Source: an uncultured delta proteobacterium (GTDB lineage Bacteria; Desulfobacterota; Binatia; UBA9968). Taken from it: a stretch of 64,000 nucleotides of DNA. Shown piece after piece: positions 40,404-54,236 of the stretch. Position 1 is the stretch's first letter; each line of letters opens with the position of its first letter. The translations under genes and the position numbers were made by a program. The notes below the pieces were generated by a model. It saw only the letters and a program-made list of their open reading frames with translations. It had not been told where the DNA came from and made no database searches. Location: contig CAWJZV010000034.1 of NCBI GenBank assembly GCA_963847445.1, positions 288,001-352,000 of the forward strand. The letters run 5' to 3'.

Positions 40404-41594
40404 ATGAGCAAAGCGAAATTTGAGCGTAAAAAACCACATTTGAACATTGGTACGATCGGTCACGTCGACCATGGCAAAACTACCTTGACCGCAGCGATCA
40501 CCAAGGTGCTGGCGAAGTCGGGGAAAGCCACATTCCTGGCCTACGATCAGATCGACAAGGCGCCGGAAGAAAGAGAACGCGGCGTTACCATTAACATTGC
40601 CCATGTCGAGTATGAGACCGACAAACGACACTACGCTCACGTCGATTGCCCTGGACATGCTGACTACGTCAAAAACATGATCACCGGCGCGGCGCAGATG
40701 GACGGCGCGATTCTCGTCGTTTCCGCTGCCGATGGCCCTATGCCGCAGACCCGTGAGCATATTCTGTTGGCGCGCCAAGTTGGTGTTCCTGGCATTGTGG
40801 TTTTTCTTAACAAGGCCGATATGGTCGATGACAAAGAGCTGTTGGAGTTGGTCGAACTCGAAGTTCGCGAGCTGCTCTCAAAGTACAAATTCCCTGGCGA
40901 CGATACGCCGATTATCATCGGCAGCGCTCTAAAGGCTCTAGAAGGCGACACTTCCGAAATGGGAGAGGGCGCGATCTTGAAGTTGATGGAGGCCGTCGAC
41001 GCGTTCATTCAGGAACCGGAGCGCGAAATTGACAAGCCGTTCATTATGCCGGTTGAGGATGTTTTCACCATCAGCGGTCGCGGCACGGTGGTCACCGGCC
41101 GGGTCGAGCGCGGTATCGTCAAGGTCGGCGAAGAAATTGAGATCGTCGGTTTCAAGCCGACGCAGAAGACGGTTGCTACCGGTGTTGAAATGTTCCGCAA
41201 GCTGCTCGATGAAGGCCGCGCCGGCGACAATATCGGCGTGCTCTTGCGCGGCACCAAACGGGAAGAGGTCGAGCGTGGCCAGGTTTTGGCCAAACCGGGC
41301 AGTATTACACCGCACACCAAGTTTAACGCTGAGGCCTATGTATTAACCAAGGAGGAGGGTGGTCGTCATACGCCATTTTTCAACGGCTATCGACCGCAAT
41401 TTTACTTCCGCACCACTGACGTCACCGGAGTGGTGAAGCTACCGGAGGGAACGGAGATGGTTATGCCGGGTGACAACATCAACGTCGAGATCGAGCTGAT
41501 TACCCCGGTCGCCATGGATCAAGGCTTAAAGTTCGCTATTCGTGAAGGTGGCCGTACGGTCGGCGCCGGCGTGGTTACTAAGATCGTTCAGTAA
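40404..41594 (+). CDS. tuf: Elongation factor Tu
   Basis: [20 protein letters not shown]. Confidence 0.99.
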   Translation: MSKAKFERKKPHLNIGTIGHVDHGKTTLTAAITKVLAKSGKATFLAYDQIDKAPEERERGVTINIAHVEYETDKRHYAHVDCPGHADYVKNMITGAAQMDGAILVVSAADGPMPQTREHILLARQVGVPGIVVFLNKADMVDDKELLELVELEVRELLSKYKFPGDDTPIIIGSALKALEGDTSEMGEGAILKLMEAVDAFIQEPEREIDKPFIMPVEDVFTISGRGTVVTGRVERGIVKVGEEIEIVGFKPTQKTVATGVEMFRKLLDEGRAGDNIGVLLRGTKREEVERGQVLAKPGSITPHTKFNAEAYVLTKEEGGRHTPFFNGYRPQFYFRTTDVTGVVKLPEGTEMVMPGDNINVEIELITPVAMDQGLKFAIREGGRTVGAGVVTKIVQ

Positions 41595-41624
41595 TTCAAC
41601 GCCGATCGTCAGGAGGACAAGGTC

Positions 41625-41777
41625 ATGCGGGAGTTGGTAGGTTTTGCATGCGATAAGTGCAAACGGAAAAACTACACATCGTCGAAGAACCGGAAAACAA
41701 CCACCGAAAAGCTGGCGCTCAAGAAGTTTTGTGCTTCTTGCCGGTCCCACACCCTGCATCGTGAGGTTAAAGTTTAA
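41625..41777 (+). CDS. rpmG: 50S ribosomal protein L33 (zinc-binding type)
   Basis: Manual translation MRELVGFACDKCKRKNY...KKFCASCRSHTLHREVKV. Confidence 0.95.
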   Translation: MRELVGFACDKCKRKNYTSSKNRKTTTEKLALKKFCASCRSHTLHREVKV

Positions 41778-41788
41778 CGAGGATACCG

Positions 41789-41865
41789 GGGTCAGTAGCT
41801 CCAATTGGTAGAGCGCCGGACTCCAAATCCGGTTGTTGCAGGTTCGAGCCCTGCCTGACCCGCCA
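41789..41865 (+). tRNA. tRNA-Trp(CCA)
   Basis: Anticodon loop CTCCAAA; CCA end. Confidence 0.95.
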
Positions 41866-41890
41866 CGTTATCGCGTTGGAGAAACCTCAC

Positions 41891-42106
41891 ATGGGGGATT
41901 GGATTCAAAAAGTTCAGGACGGCGTCCACCAGGGTGTCGAGTTTTGCAAAGAGTCCTGGCAGGAGTTGCAAAAAGTCCATTGGCCGTCCCGCAAGGAAAC
42001 TTACATGGCGACAATGGTCGTCATCGTCGTCGTTGTCCTGGTGTCTTTGTATTTGGCGACTGTGGATTTCTTCCTAACAAAGGCCGTCCAGGCCATTATC
42101 GGTTAA
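41891..42106 (+). CDS. secE: Preprotein translocase SecE
   Basis: ELQKVHWPSRKE plus a TM helix. Confidence 0.95.
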   Translation: MGDWIQKVQDGVHQGVEFCKESWQELQKVHWPSRKETYMATMVVIVVVVLVSLYLATVDFFLTKAVQAIIG

Positions 42107-42124
42107 TAACTTAGGTTCTCCTCT

Positions 42125-42655
42125 ATGGCGAAACAGTGGTACATCGTTCACACCTTTTCGGGCTTTGAACAAAAGACCAAGTCGGCCCTAGAAGAGCGCG
42201 TCAAGCAGCTCGGCAAGCAGGAGTTCTTCGGCGAAGTGCTAGTGCCGATGGAGAAAGTCGTTGAGCTGGTCAAGGGAAAGAAGAAAACTTCGTCGCGCAA
42301 GTTTTTTCCCGGTTATATTCTCGTGCAGATGGAGCTCAACGACGAGACCTGGCATGTGGTTAAAGAGACTCCCAAGGTAACCGGATTTGTCGGTGGTAGT
42401 ACCAATCCGCCATCGGTTAGCGATGAAGAAGTCCGTGCGATCACGCTACAAATGGAAGAGGGCGCAATCAAGCCCAAGCCGCGCGTGTCGTTCTCGGTCG
42501 GCGAAAACGTCAAGGTGGTCGACGGCCCGTTCGCCGACTTTAACGGCGTGGTCGAAGATGTCAAGCCGGAAAAAGGCAAGCTCCGAGTATTGATCAGCAT
42601 CTTTGGGCGAGCGACGCCGGTTGAGCTCGAATTTGTCCAGGTTGAACGCAATTAG
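42125..42655 (+). CDS. nusG: Transcription termination/antitermination factor NusG
   Basis: [19 protein letters not shown] motif, [10 protein letters not shown]. Confidence 0.98.
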   Translation: MAKQWYIVHTFSGFEQKTKSALEERVKQLGKQEFFGEVLVPMEKVVELVKGKKKTSSRKFFPGYILVQMELNDETWHVVKETPKVTGFVGGSTNPPSVSDEEVRAITLQMEEGAIKPKPRVSFSVGENVKVVDGPFADFNGVVEDVKPEKGKLRVLISIFGRATPVELEFVQVERN

Positions 42656-42669
42656 AAGGATCGAAAGCA

Positions 42670-43095
42670 ATGGCTAAAAAAGTCATCGGTGAAATCAAAT
42701 TACAGATCCCTGCCGGTCAGGCGAATCCTAGCCCGCCGGTGGGTCCGGCGCTCGGCCAGCGTGGCGTTAATATCATGGAGTTTTGCAAGGCTTTCAATGC
42801 CGCCACTCAAGCGCAGATCGGTATGGTTACGCCGGTGGTTATCACGGTCTACGCCGACAGGTCATTTACTTTTGTCACCAAGACACCGCCGGCGTCGGTA
42901 TTGCTCAAAAAGGCCGCCGGACTGGAAAAGGGTTCTAAGGAGCCGGGTAAGACCAAGGTCGGCAAGGTGACTAGGGCTCAAGTCAAAGAAATTGCGGAGT
43001 TAAAACTCAAAGATCTGACGGCCAGCGACTTAGCGGCCGCGGAAAAATCTGTCGCCGGAACCGCGCGTAGCATCGGCTTAGAAGTCGAAGGTTAG
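42670..43095 (+). CDS. rplK: 50S ribosomal protein L11
   Basis: [11 protein letters not shown]. Confidence 0.98.
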   Translation: MAKKVIGEIKLQIPAGQANPSPPVGPALGQRGVNIMEFCKAFNAATQAQIGMVTPVVITVYADRSFTFVTKTPPASVLLKKAAGLEKGSKEPGKTKVGKVTRAQVKEIAELKLKDLTASDLAAAEKSVAGTARSIGLEVEG

Positions 43096-43139
43096 TGCGC
43101 GCAATCTTCATTGATCCAGCGAAATCGAGGAGTGATGCC

Positions 43140-43844
43140 ATGAGTGGAATTGGAAAAAGCTATCGCAAGGTTCTGGATAAGGTCGATCGCAACCAACGCT
43201 ACCAGTTGGAAGATAGTCTGAAGTTGGTCAAGGAAACCGCCCGCGCCAAATTCGATGAAACCGTCGATATAGCGATTCGCTTGGGTGTCGATCCGCGCCA
43301 AGCCGATCAGAATATTCGCGGCACGGTAGCGTTGCCCCACGGCATGGGTAAAACCGTCCGTGTGTTGGCCTTTGCCAAAGGTGAAAAGGAGCGCGAGGCT
43401 CAAGAAGCCGGTGCCGATTTTATCGGTAGCGACGAACTGATCAAAAAGATTAGTGAAGGTTGGCTGGACTTCGACAAGGCGGTGGCTACTCCGGATATGA
43501 TGGCCGCCGTTGGCCGTATTGGTAAGATCCTCGGGCCCCGTGGCCTCATGCCGAACCCTAAGACCGGTACGGTGAGTTTGGACATCGGTAAGGCGGTCAG
43601 AGAAATCAAGGCGGGTAAGCTGGAATTTCGCGTCGACAAAGCGGGCATCGTTCATGTACCGGTAGGCCGCGCGTCTTTTTCGGCCGAACATTTGATCGAC
43701 AACGCGCGGATGGTCTTGTTGACAATCCTGCGCGCCAAACCGGCGTCGGCCAAGGGGAACTACGTTAAGGGTGTAACGATCGCCACCACCATGGGGCCGG
43801 GAATCAAAGTCGATTTGGCGCAGATCCGGGCGATGGCAGCCTAG
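43140..43844 (+). CDS. rplA: 50S ribosomal protein L1
   Basis: [20 protein letters not shown]. Confidence 0.98.
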   Translation: MSGIGKSYRKVLDKVDRNQRYQLEDSLKLVKETARAKFDETVDIAIRLGVDPRQADQNIRGTVALPHGMGKTVRVLAFAKGEKEREAQEAGADFIGSDELIKKISEGWLDFDKAVATPDMMAAVGRIGKILGPRGLMPNPKTGTVSLDIGKAVREIKAGKLEFRVDKAGIVHVPVGRASFSAEHLIDNARMVLLTILRAKPASAKGNYVKGVTIATTMGPGIKVDLAQIRAMAA

Positions 43845-43907
43845 CGGGTCAGGGTCTTTACGCGGGCTTCATCAACACTAGATCAGAGTAGAATCAGGGA
43901 GAAGAAA

Positions 43908-44450
43908 ATGTCGGAAGCGCAAGTTGTCCGTGCTGGTTACGGCGAGAAATCGGCAACGGTGAACGCCATTCACGAACGGCTAAAATCCGCCAAGATGGCG
44001 ATTGTTACGGAGTACCGCGGTTTGACGGTTGCGCAAATGACTAAGTTGCGCCGCGAAGTGCGCCAGGTTTCCGGCGAATATCAGGTGATCAAGAATACTT
44101 TGGTGCGGCGTGCGCTCAAAGACACCGTTTACGGCGATTTGGAAAAATTGCTCGAAGGTCCTAACGGCTGGGTGTTCGCCTACGATGACCCGGTCTTACT
44201 TTCCAAGACTTTGCTCAAGTTCGCTGGCGACAACGATAAGTTGACGATTAAGGGCGGCGTGTTCGAGGGCCGCTTCATGAACCCGGCGGCAGTTAAAGTC
44301 CTGTCGCAGATGCCCAGTAAACCTGAATTACAAGCGAAGCTGTTGGCGACCATCAACGCACCGGCGACCCAGTTGCTACGCACGATTCAGGAACCCGGCG
44401 CGCAGATGGTGCGTTTGCTCGAATCATTGCGCAAAACCAAGGGCGAATAA
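43908..44450 (+). CDS. rplJ: 50S ribosomal protein L10
   Basis: EYRGLTV, IKNTL; synteny. Confidence 0.96.
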   Translation: MSEAQVVRAGYGEKSATVNAIHERLKSAKMAIVTEYRGLTVAQMTKLRREVRQVSGEYQVIKNTLVRRALKDTVYGDLEKLLEGPNGWVFAYDDPVLLSKTLLKFAGDNDKLTIKGGVFEGRFMNPAAVKVLSQMPSKPELQAKLLATINAPATQLLRTIQEPGAQMVRLLESLRKTKGE

Positions 44451-44485
44451 CAATTATTTAGCAGAAATTTTAAGGGGGGAACGTT

Positions 44486-44860
44486 ATGGAAGGCGTATCG
44501 AAAGAACAAGTTAAGGATTTCATCAAGAACATGAGTCTGATGGATGCGGCGACTCTGGTGAAAGAGCTCGAAGAGGAGCTAGGTGTTAGCGCTGCCGCTC
44601 CGGTAGCCGCTGCGGCAGCCGGCCCGGCGGCCGCAGCGGTTGAAGAGAAGACTGAGTTTAACGTCATTCTCGCCGAGACCGGTGAGAAAAAGATACAAGT
44701 CATCAAAGTTGTCCGCGAGCTCACCGGACTGGGTTTGAAAGAAGCCAAAGATTTGGTCGATGGCGCGCCCAAGCCGGTCAAAGAGGGTGTTTCCAAGGCC
44801 GATGCCGAGAACATCAAGAAGAAGCTCGAAGAACAGGGCGCCAAGGTCGAAATCAAGTAA
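44486..44860 (+). CDS. rplL: 50S ribosomal protein L7/L12
   Basis: [17 protein letters not shown]. Confidence 0.98.
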   Translation: MEGVSKEQVKDFIKNMSLMDAATLVKELEEELGVSAAAPVAAAAAGPAAAAVEEKTEFNVILAETGEKKIQVIKVVRELTGLGLKEAKDLVDGAPKPVKEGVSKADAENIKKKLEEQGAKVEIK

Positions 44861-44934
44861 TTCTCTCGCCGTCGGTGGTTCCGTTGAATGATTTGAAATG
44901 GATCGTTAACCGCTAGTCCGAGAGAGGAGCACGC

Positions 44935-47900
44935 ATGGCATTTCAGGTTGCCAATAACTTACGATTCCGCCGTAGCTTCGGAAGAATTCGAAAAATTATC
45001 GAACTCCCGTATTTGATCGAAATCCAGAAAAACTCTTACGAGCTGTTCCTGCAGAAAGATGCGGCGCCGACAGAGCGTCAGAACATGGGACTGCAGGAAG
45101 TTTTTAAGTCGGTTTTCCCGATTAAGGATTTTAACGAAACCGCTTCTTTGGAATTTGTCAGTTATACCCTCGGCGAACCCAAGTATGACGTCGAGGAATG
45201 TCACCAGCGGGGCATGACTTACGCCGCGCCGTTAAAAGTTACCGTGCAGTTGGTGTTGTGGGATGTCGACCAGCAGACCGGCGCGCGCAGCATCAAGAAC
45301 GTCAAAGAGCAGGAAGTTTACTTCGGTGAAGTCCCGCTCATGACGATCAACGGTACCTTCATGATCAACGGGACCGAGCGGGTCATTGTCAGCCAATTGC
45401 ACCGCTCGCCGGGAGTTTTCTTTGAGCATGACAAGGGAAAGACCCACGCCAGCGGCAAGTTGCTTTATTCGGCGCGGGTGATTCCCTACCGTGGCTCTTG
45501 GGTCGATCTCGAATTCGATCCTCGGGACGTCGTTTACGTACGCATCGACCGGCGGCGTAAGTTTCACGCTACCGTGTTGTTGCGCGCACTGGGCATGACT
45601 AGCGAGGACTTGCTCAACTACTATTATCGGAGCGATTCAATTCACTTCGACGGCCGCAAGACCACACTGGAGTTCAATGCCAACCATCTGTTGGGCGCGA
45701 AGGTCAGCGCCGATGTGCGCGATCCGAAGTCCAACGATATTATCGTTAAAGAAGGCAAGAAGTTCACTCGGCAGGTGCTGCGCCAAATGGAAGCGGCACG
45801 GATCAAGCAGGTGCCCATCGCGCAGGAAGAGATTCTCGGTCGAGTCGCGGCCCACGACCTCGTCGACCCCCATGGCAAAGAGGTTCTGGTCGAATGCAAT
45901 CATGAGATCACGCAGGAGAAGCTCGACCTGATCCGTGACAAAGGGCTCACGCATATCGAAGTACTGTTTATCGACGAATCGAACGTCGGTCCTTACTTGC
46001 GCAACACGTTGCTGCAAGACCGCATCCGCTCTCCTCAAGATGCCATTCTGGAGATCTATCGGCGCTTGCGGCCCGGCGATCCACCGACGGTGGAATCGTC
46101 GACCAACTTTTTTAATAACCTGTTTTTCAATCCCGATCGCTATGACCTATCCAAGGTCGGCCGCTTGAAGCTCAACCATCGGCTCAAGCTCAATATCCCG
46201 CTGGAGCAGGGTACGCTGCGCAAAGAGGATATCCTCGAAGTGGTGCGTTACCTGATGGAGCTCAAGAACGGCCACGGCTCGGTGGACGATATCGATCACC
46301 TGGGCAATCGCCGTGTACGCGCTGTCGGTGAACTCGTCGAAAATCACTTCCGCGTCGGCCTGGTGCGCATGGAGCGGGCGATCAAGGAAAAGATGAGCTT
46401 GCAGGACATCGAGACTCTGATGCCCCAGGAGCTGATCAACTACAAGCCGGTTTCAGCGGCGCTCAAAGAGTTCTTTGGCTCCAGCCAGCTGTCGCAGTTC
46501 ATGGATCAGACCAATCCGCTGTCGGAAATCACCCACAAGCGGCGGCTCTCGGCCCTCGGTCCTGGCGGTCTAACCCGCGAGCGTGCCGGTTTCGAAGTGC
46601 GCGACGTGCATCCGACCCATTATGGCCGGGTCTGTCCGATCGAAACCCCTGAAGGGCCGAACATCGGCCTGATCGCTTCGCTGACTACCTATGCGCGGGT
46701 CAACGATTTTGGTTTCATCGAAACGCCCTATCGCGAAGTAGAAAGTGGCCGGGTTAGCGATCGCATCCGTTATCTATCCGCCCTCGAAGAAGAAGACCAT
46801 GTCATCGCCCAAGCCAATGCGCCGATCGACGGTCGGGGTAATTTTTCCGCGGACTTGGTCTCGTCGCGTAAGGGCGGTGAGTTTGTCATGGCCCATCCCG
46901 AAGAAGTCAACTTCATGGACGTGTCGCCGAACCAGTTGGTGAGCGTCGCGGCTTCGCTCATTCCGTTCTTGGAAAACGACGATGCCAACCGCGCCTTGAT
47001 GGGTTCCAACATGCAGCGCCAAGCAGTACCGCTGTTGCGCACCGAAGCGCCGTTTGTCGGTACCGGCATGGAACGCACTGTGGCGCGGGATTCCGGCGTG
47101 ACTATCGTCGCGCGCCGCGACGGCTTGGTCGAAAGCGTCGATTCGACGCGCATCGTCGTCAAAGCCGACAAACCGGGTGGTTCACGAGATACCGGTGTCG
47201 ATATTTACAACCTGGTCAAGTACCAGCGTTCCAATCAAAATACTTGTAATAACCAGCGGCCGATCGTTGTGGTCGGCGACCAGGTAAAGGCCGGCGATGT
47301 CATCGCCGACGGTCCGTCGACTGAGATGGGCGAGCTGGCGCTGGGGCGTAACGTCGTCGTCGCGCTAATGCCCTGGGGCGGTTACAACTTCGAAGATTCG
47401 ATTCTGATCAACGAACGGGTGGTCAAAGAGGATATTTATACCTCGATCCACATCGAAGAGTTCGAGTGCGTGTCGCGCGACACGAAATTGGGCCCCGAGG
47501 AAATCACCCGGGATATACCGAATGTCGGCGACGAGGCGCTCACTGACCTCGACGAAAGCGGCATCATTCGCATCGGCGCCGAGGTTAAACCAGGCCATAT
47601 CCTGGTCGGCAAGATTACCCCCAAGGGTGAAACCCAACTATCGCCGGAAGAAAAACTGTTGCGAGCGATCTTCGGCGAGAAGGCCGGCGAAGTGCGCGAT
47701 ACCTCGCTGCGGGTGCCCCCCGGCGTCGAAGGCACGGTCATCAATGTAAGGATTTTTTCGCGCAAAGGATTGGGCAAGGATGAGCGCAGCCGGTCCATTG
47801 AGGATGAAGAGGTTACCCGACTACGTAAAGATCAGCATGACGAAGTGCGCATTCTCCAAGAAGGTGCGCTCCGCCGGCTGAAAAAATTGCTGGTCGGCCG

Positions 47901-49038
47901 GCGCTTGGAGAGCCGCATCAGCGACGATAGTCGCAAGGTCCTACTCAACAAGGGGCAGGAGGTGACCGAGGAGGATCTCGATCAACTGCCGATGTCCTAC
48001 TGGAGTGAGATCCAAGTCGATAATGAATCCGTGGAAAGCGAACTCGGCCGGATCATCGAGAGCACGACCACCCAGGTCAACCTCATCAAGCATGCTTTCG
48101 AAGACAAGATCGAAAAACTTAAAGGCGGCGATGAGCTGCCCCCCGGCGTCATCAAAATGGTCAAAGTCTTTGTCGCCATCAAGCGTAAGCTGCAAGTGGG
48201 CGACAAAATGGCCGGACGGCATGGCAATAAGGGCGTCATTTCCCGCATCCTGCCCGAAGAAGACATGCCCTATTTGGAGGATGGTACACCTGTCGATGTG
48301 GTGTTGAATCCATTGGGTGTGCCGTCGCGTATGAACGTCGGCCAGATTCTCGAGGCCCACTTGGGATGGGCGGCCCGTAGTCTGGGACACCAAATCGACG
48401 ATCTCTTGCGTACCCATAATGGAGATATCGATCAGTTGCGGCGCCGGTTGAAAGACTATTTGAATACCCGGGACGCCAACGAGTTGATCGACGGTGCAAA
48501 AGACGTCGAGGTGTTAAAGCTTGCGGCCAAATATCGCGATGGCGTGCGCATTGCCTCGCCGGTATTTGACGGTGCCGCGGAAGAGGAAATCTTTAATCTG
48601 CTGCGCAAAGCTGGTTTGCCAGCCAGCGGCCAGGCGACGTTATTCGATGGCCGGACCGGCGAAGCTTTCGACGGCAAAGTGACTGTGGGTGTCATGTACA
48701 TCATGAAGCTGCATCACTTAGTCGACGACAAGATCCACGCCCGCTCGACCGGACCCTATTCTCTCGTCACTCAGCAGCCCTTGGGCGGTAAGGCCCAGTT
48801 CGGCGGCCAGCGTTTGGGCGAGATGGAAGTTTGGGCGCTGGAGGCGTACGGCGCTGCGTACACTCTTCAAGAGATGCTCACCGTCAAGTCCGACGATGTC
48901 GTCGGCCGCACTCGTATGTACGAGGCGATCGTTAAAGGCGACAATTTGCTCGAACCAGGACTGCCCGAGTCGTTTAACGTCATGGTGAAAGAGCTCCAAA
49001 GCCTAGGCTTAGATGTCGATCTCGTCGAAGAAAAGTAG
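44935..49038 (+). CDS. rpoB: RNA polymerase beta subunit
   Basis: [30 protein letters not shown]. Confidence 0.99.
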   Translation: MAFQVANNLRFRRSFGRIRKIIELPYLIEIQKNSYELFLQKDAAPTERQNMGLQEVFKSVFPIKDFNETASLEFVSYTLGEPKYDVEECHQRGMTYAAPLKVTVQLVLWDVDQQTGARSIKNVKEQEVYFGEVPLMTINGTFMINGTERVIVSQLHRSPGVFFEHDKGKTHASGKLLYSARVIPYRGSWVDLEFDPRDVVYVRIDRRRKFHATVLLRALGMTSEDLLNYYYRSDSIHFDGRKTTLEFNANHLLGAKVSADVRDPKSNDIIVKEGKKFTRQVLRQMEAARIKQVPIAQEEILGRVAAHDLVDPHGKEVLVECNHEITQEKLDLIRDKGLTHIEVLFIDESNVGPYLRNTLLQDRIRSPQDAILEIYRRLRPGDPPTVESSTNFFNNLFFNPDRYDLSKVGRLKLNHRLKLNIPLEQGTLRKEDILEVVRYLMELKNGHGSVDDIDHLGNRRVRAVGELVENHFRVGLVRMERAIKEKMSLQDIETLMPQELINYKPVSAALKEFFGSSQLSQFMDQTNPLSEITHKRRLSALGPGGLTRERAGFEVRDVHPTHYGRVCPIETPEGPNIGLIASLTTYARVNDFGFIETPYREVESGRVSDRIRYLSALEEEDHVIAQANAPIDGRGNFSADLVSSRKGGEFVMAHPEEVNFMDVSPNQLVSVAASLIPFLENDDANRALMGSNMQRQAVPLLRTEAPFVGTGMERTVARDSGVTIVARRDGLVESVDSTRIVVKADKPGGSRDTGVDIYNLVKYQRSNQNTCNNQRPIVVVGDQVKAGDVIADGPSTEMGELALGRNVVVALMPWGGYNFEDSILINERVVKEDIYTSIHIEEFECVSRDTKLGPEEITRDIPNVGDEALTDLDESGIIRIGAEVKPGHILVGKITPKGETQLSPEEKLLRAIFGEKAGEVRDTSLRVPPGVEGTVINVRIFSRKGLGKDERSRSIEDEEVTRLRKDQHDEVRILQEGALRRLKKLLVGRRLESRISDDSRKVLLNKGQEVTEEDLDQLPMSYWSEIQVDNESVESELGRIIESTTTQVNLIKHAFEDKIEKLKGGDELPPGVIKMVKVFVAIKRKLQVGDKMAGRHGNKGVISRILPEEDMPYLEDGTPVDVVLNPLGVPSRMNVGQILEAHLGWAARSLGHQIDDLLRTHNGDIDQLRRRLKDYLNTRDANELIDGAKDVEVLKLAAKYRDGVRIASPVFDGAAEEEIFNLLRKAGLPASGQATLFDGRTGEAFDGKVTVGVMYIMKLHHLVDDKIHARSTGPYSLVTQQPLGGKAQFGGQRLGEMEVWALEAYGAAYTLQEMLTVKSDDVVGRTRMYEAIVKGDNLLEPGLPESFNVMVKELQSLGLDVDLVEEK

Positions 49039-49083
49039 GTAACCCCAGTACGGGTGTGTCCTCACACCGGAGGTGATCCTGAT

Positions 49084-52000
49084 ATGGAAGATCTGTTTAA
49101 TCTATTTGAAAAACCTAAAAATCCACTTAGTTTTAACGCGATCAAAGTTTCCGTGGCTTCACCGGAAAAAATTCGCTCTTGGTCTCATGGCGAGGTAAAA
49201 AAGCCGGAGACCATCAACTATCGGACCTTCAAACCGGAGCGCGATGGTTTATTTTGTGCCAAGATCTTTGGTCCGACCAAGGATTACGAGTGTAACTGCG
49301 GCAAGTACAAACGCATGCGCCATCGCGGCGTGGTCTGTGAAAAGTGCGGCGTCGAAGTCATTCAGTCTAAAGTCCGCCGCGAGCGCATGGGCCATATCGA
49401 ACTGGCCACGCCGGTCGTCCATATCTGGTTTTTGAAAAGCCTGCCCAGCCGCATCGGCGCGCTACTCGACATGTCGCTCAAAGACATCGAAAAGGTGCTC
49501 TACTTCGAGTCCTATATCGTTGTCGATCCAGGCGAGACGCCGCTGCAATACAAAGAACTCTTGACCGAGGCGCGCTACCGCAAGGCGGTCGAGGAGTACG
49601 GCGGCAAGTTTGTCGCGGGAATGGGCGCCGAGGCGGTGCGTAAGCTGCTCAAAGAGATCGATATCCCTAAGGTCGCCGACGAATTACGCCAGGAAATGCG
49701 CGACGCTAATTCTGAAGTGCGGCGCAAGAAAATGGCCAAGCGCCTAAAGGTTTTGACCGCGTTCCGGACCTCGGGCAACCGACCGGAGTGGATGGTCATG
49801 GAAGTGATTCCGGTGATTCCACCGGACCTACGTCCCCTGGTGCCCCTCGACGGCGGCCGTTTCGCGACCTCGGATTTGAACGATCTCTATCGTCGCGTCA
49901 TCAATCGCAACAACCGGCTCAAACGGCTGATGGAATTGAGCGCGCCGGACATGATCATCCGTAACGAAAAGCGCATGCTGCAAGAAGCGGTGGATGCCTT
50001 GTTCGACAACGGTCGCCGCGGCCGGGCGATTACCGGCCAAAACCGCCGGCCGCTCAAATCTTTGAGCGAGATGCTCAAGGGCAAAACTGGCCGCTTTCGC
50101 CAGAACTTGCTCGGTAAGCGCGTCGACTATTCGGGCCGTTCGGTTATCGTCGTCGGTCCTGAGTTGCGCTTGCATCAGTGCGGTCTGCCGAAAAAAATGG
50201 CCCTCGAGCTCTTCAAGCCGTTTATTTACAACAAGCTCGAAGAGCGCGGCCATGTGACGACGATCAAGAGCGCGAAAAAGATGGTCGAGCGCGAGTTACC
50301 GGAAGTCTGGGATATTCTCGATGAAGTTATTCGCGAACATCCAGTGCTGCTCAACCGGGCGCCGACGCTGCATCGTTTAGGCATCCAAGCCTTCGAGCCG
50401 ATTTTGATCGAAGGCAAGGCGATTCAACTGCATCCGCTGGTGTGCGCCGCGTACAACGCCGATTTCGACGGCGATCAAATGGCCGTGCATGTGCCGTTGT
50501 CCGTCGAAGCTCAAGTGGAAGCTCGCACGCTGATGATGTCGACCAACAATATTTTATCGCCAGCCCATGGTAAGCCGATCATCGTACCGACCCAGGATAT
50601 CGTCTTGGGCTTGTACTACATGACCCGCGACCGCTTACACGCTAAGGGCAGTGGCCGGCTGTTCAGTAGCCCGACCGAAGTTCGCGTCGCTTACGACCAG
50701 GGTGAAGTGGACCTCCAGGCGCCGATCACCGTGCGTATCAACGGTGAACGGGTCGACACCACCACCGGTCGCGTGCTGCTTTACGATGTCGTTCCCGAAG
50801 TGATTCCTTTCAAGGAAGTCAATCGGGTGATGAAGAAGAAAGAGCTCGCGAATCTGATCGACATCAGCTTTCGTCTGGCCGGCAATAAGGCGACGGTTAT
50901 TCTGGCGGACCGACTGAAAGATGTCGGCTACCACCATGCCACCAAGGCGGGTATCTCGATCTCGATTAAAGACATGCTGATTCCGCCGACGAAAGAGGCG
51001 ATGCTCAAGAAGGCCCATGACGACGTGCGGGAGATCGAGGAACAATACAAGAATGGTCTGATCACCGACGGCGAGCGCTATAACAAAGTGGTCGACATCT
51101 GGGCTGAGGTCACCGACCGCATCGCCGATCAAATGCTTGGCGACTTGGGTTCGGAGAAGATTACTGACGCACAAGGACACGAGTTTACGGTGCCGAGCTT
51201 TAATCCGATTTTCATGATGGCCGACTCCGGCGCCCGCGGTAGCGCGCAGCAGATTCGCCAATTGGCCGGTATGCGCGGTTTGATGGCTAAGCCCTCCGGC
51301 GAAATCATCGAGACCCCGATCACGGCTAATTTTCGCGAAGGCTTGACCGTGTTACAGTATTTCATCTCGACCCACGGCGCCCGTAAGGGTCTCGCGGATA
51401 CGGCTTTGAAAACCGCCAATTCCGGCTACTTGACGCGCCGTCTCGTCGACGTCGCTCAGGACGCCGTCATCGGCGAAGAAGATTGCGGCACTATGGATGG
51501 CATCGAGATCACGCCGCTCATGGAAGGCGGCGAAGTGATCGAGCCGCTTGGCGACCGTGTGCTCGGCCGAGTAGCGCTGGAAGATGTCGTCGATCCCTTC
51601 ACCGGCGAAGTCATCGTCAAGGCCAACCAAGAAATCAACGAAGAATTGGTCCAGCGGGTCGAGGATGCGGGTTTAGAACGGCTCAAGATTCGCTCCGTCT
51701 TAACCTGCGCGTCCCGCCGTGGTGTTTGCATCATGTGCTACGGCCGCGACTTGGGCCGCGGTCATATGATCAATATGGGCGAAGCGGTCGGAGTCACCGC
51801 TGCTCAATCCATCGGCGAGCCGGGGACGCAGCTAACCATGCGGACCTTCCACATCGGCGGTACGGCAAGCCGGCGCGCTGAACAGACGACGTTAGAGGCG
51901 CGCAATGACGGCAATCTCAAGTTCATCAACGTCAACACCGTGACCAACAAAGACGGAGATTTCGTCGTTATGAACCGTAACGGTGAGGTTGCCATCGTCG

Positions 52001-53211
52001 ATTATCCCGAGGGCGAGAAGGGGCGCGTGCGCGAACGGGAGCGCTACCCGGTGGTATACGGCGCGAAACTGAAAAAGAAGGACGGCGCTAAAGTCAAAGC
52101 CGGCGAACTGTTGGCAGAATGGGATCCCTACACGATTCCGATTCTCACCGAGGTGAGCGGCCCGGTTAAGTTCGGCGACGTGATCGAAAACATCACCATG
52201 GAAGAGAAGGTCGATGAGCGTACCGGGCTATCGACCAAGGTTATCATCGACTCCAAAGACATCGACAAGCGGCCGCGCATTTCGATCAAGGACACGCAAG
52301 GTCAGACCACCCGGCTCACCGCAACCGCGGAAGCGCGTTATTTGATTCCGGTGGGCGCGCACATCAACGTGCAAGATGGCCAGGACGTATTCGCAGGCGA
52401 TATCTTGGCGAAAATCCCGAGGGAAACTACCAAGACCAAAGACATCACAGGTGGTTTGCCGCGAGTGGCGGAACTCTTCGAAGCGCGCAAGCCGAAAGAG
52501 TTCGCGGTGATCAGTGAGATCGACGGTGCGGTCTCTTTCGGTAAGGACACCAAGGGGAAGCGCAAAGTCGTGGTCACGCCGGAAGTTGGCGAGGCGCGCG
52601 AATATTTAATTCCTAAAGGCAAGCATATCAGCGTCCATGACGGCGACCGCATTCGCGCCGGCGAGGCGTTGATGGACGGTTCGTCCAATCCCCACGACAT
52701 TCTCAACATTCTTGGCGAAAAGGCCTTGGCCAAGTATCTCGTCGATGAAGTGCAAGAGATCTACCGGCTCCAAGGCGTGCGCATCAACGACAAGCATATC
52801 GAGGTCATCGTGCGTCAAATGCTGCGCCGTGTGCGCATTAAAGACGTCGGCGACGCCGAGTTTTTGGTCGGCGACCAGATCGAGAAGTGGCGTTTCGAGG
52901 ACGAAAACCAGCGGGTCATTGCCGAAAATGGCAAACCCGCGGTCGCCGAGCCGCTACTCCTGGGGATTACCAAGGCGTCGTTATCGACCGAAAGCTTTAT
53001 CTCCGCGGCATCGTTCCAGGAAACCACAAAGGTTCTTACGGAGGCGGCGATCCAAGGCAAAGTCGATTTGCTGCGCGGCTTGAAAGAGAACGTGATTATG
53101 GGCCGGCTAATTCCCGCCGGCACTGGCGTGACCAACTATGCCAAGGCCGACATCGAAATCGACGAAGTTGAAGACGGCGCGGTTCAATTACACGAGGTAG
53201 CGGAAGCCTAA
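49084..53211 (+). CDS. rpoC: RNA polymerase beta' subunit
   Basis: [12 protein letters not shown]; ATG at 49084 with GGAGGT RBS. Confidence 0.99.
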   Translation: MEDLFNLFEKPKNPLSFNAIKVSVASPEKIRSWSHGEVKKPETINYRTFKPERDGLFCAKIFGPTKDYECNCGKYKRMRHRGVVCEKCGVEVIQSKVRRERMGHIELATPVVHIWFLKSLPSRIGALLDMSLKDIEKVLYFESYIVVDPGETPLQYKELLTEARYRKAVEEYGGKFVAGMGAEAVRKLLKEIDIPKVADELRQEMRDANSEVRRKKMAKRLKVLTAFRTSGNRPEWMVMEVIPVIPPDLRPLVPLDGGRFATSDLNDLYRRVINRNNRLKRLMELSAPDMIIRNEKRMLQEAVDALFDNGRRGRAITGQNRRPLKSLSEMLKGKTGRFRQNLLGKRVDYSGRSVIVVGPELRLHQCGLPKKMALELFKPFIYNKLEERGHVTTIKSAKKMVERELPEVWDILDEVIREHPVLLNRAPTLHRLGIQAFEPILIEGKAIQLHPLVCAAYNADFDGDQMAVHVPLSVEAQVEARTLMMSTNNILSPAHGKPIIVPTQDIVLGLYYMTRDRLHAKGSGRLFSSPTEVRVAYDQGEVDLQAPITVRINGERVDTTTGRVLLYDVVPEVIPFKEVNRVMKKKELANLIDISFRLAGNKATVILADRLKDVGYHHATKAGISISIKDMLIPPTKEAMLKKAHDDVREIEEQYKNGLITDGERYNKVVDIWAEVTDRIADQMLGDLGSEKITDAQGHEFTVPSFNPIFMMADSGARGSAQQIRQLAGMRGLMAKPSGEIIETPITANFREGLTVLQYFISTHGARKGLADTALKTANSGYLTRRLVDVAQDAVIGEEDCGTMDGIEITPLMEGGEVIEPLGDRVLGRVALEDVVDPFTGEVIVKANQEINEELVQRVEDAGLERLKIRSVLTCASRRGVCIMCYGRDLGRGHMINMGEAVGVTAAQSIGEPGTQLTMRTFHIGGTASRRAEQTTLEARNDGNLKFINVNTVTNKDGDFVVMNRNGEVAIVDYPEGEKGRVRERERYPVVYGAKLKKKDGAKVKAGELLAEWDPYTIPILTEVSGPVKFGDVIENITMEEKVDERTGLSTKVIIDSKDIDKRPRISIKDTQGQTTRLTATAEARYLIPVGAHINVQDGQDVFAGDILAKIPRETTKTKDITGGLPRVAELFEARKPKEFAVISEIDGAVSFGKDTKGKRKVVVTPEVGEAREYLIPKGKHISVHDGDRIRAGEALMDGSSNPHDILNILGEKALAKYLVDEVQEIYRLQGVRINDKHIEVIVRQMLRRVRIKDVGDAEFLVGDQIEKWRFEDENQRVIAENGKPAVAEPLLLGITKASLSTESFISAASFQETTKVLTEAAIQGKVDLLRGLKENVIMGRLIPAGTGVTNYAKADIEIDEVEDGAVQLHEVAEA

Positions 53212-53214
53212 GCT

Positions 53215-53243
53215 TTGACAATGACGAATATTTTTGTTAAATA
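53215..53243 (+). promoter_or_regulatory. Putative sigma70 promoter of the str/S10 operon
   Basis: TTGACA followed about 17 nt later by an AT-rich TAAAT -10. Confidence 0.5.
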
Positions 53244-53319
53244 AAGGATTTTCCTGGGGGAGTTGTGGGGTTTGATTTACTCCTCCGAATCCTAACGAGA
53301 TCGACGAGAAAAAGTAAGT

Positions 53320-54167
<848 letters not shown>

Positions 54168-54190
54168 TTAGAATTTAAGTTTGAGTTCGT

Positions 54191-54222
54191 AAAAGGAGGC
54201 GGTTGGACCGCCTCCTTTTTTT
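54191..54222 (+). terminator. Terminator/attenuator between rpsG and fusA
   Basis: AAAAGGAGGCGGT-tgg-ACCGCCTCC followed by T7. Confidence 0.75.
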
Positions 54223-54236
54223 CCGGCGTTAAGAAA

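Noticed and set aside
44935-53211. Inteins, introns or a split in rpoB/rpoC
   Set aside because: Lengths and motifs are ordinary; no intein signatures seen
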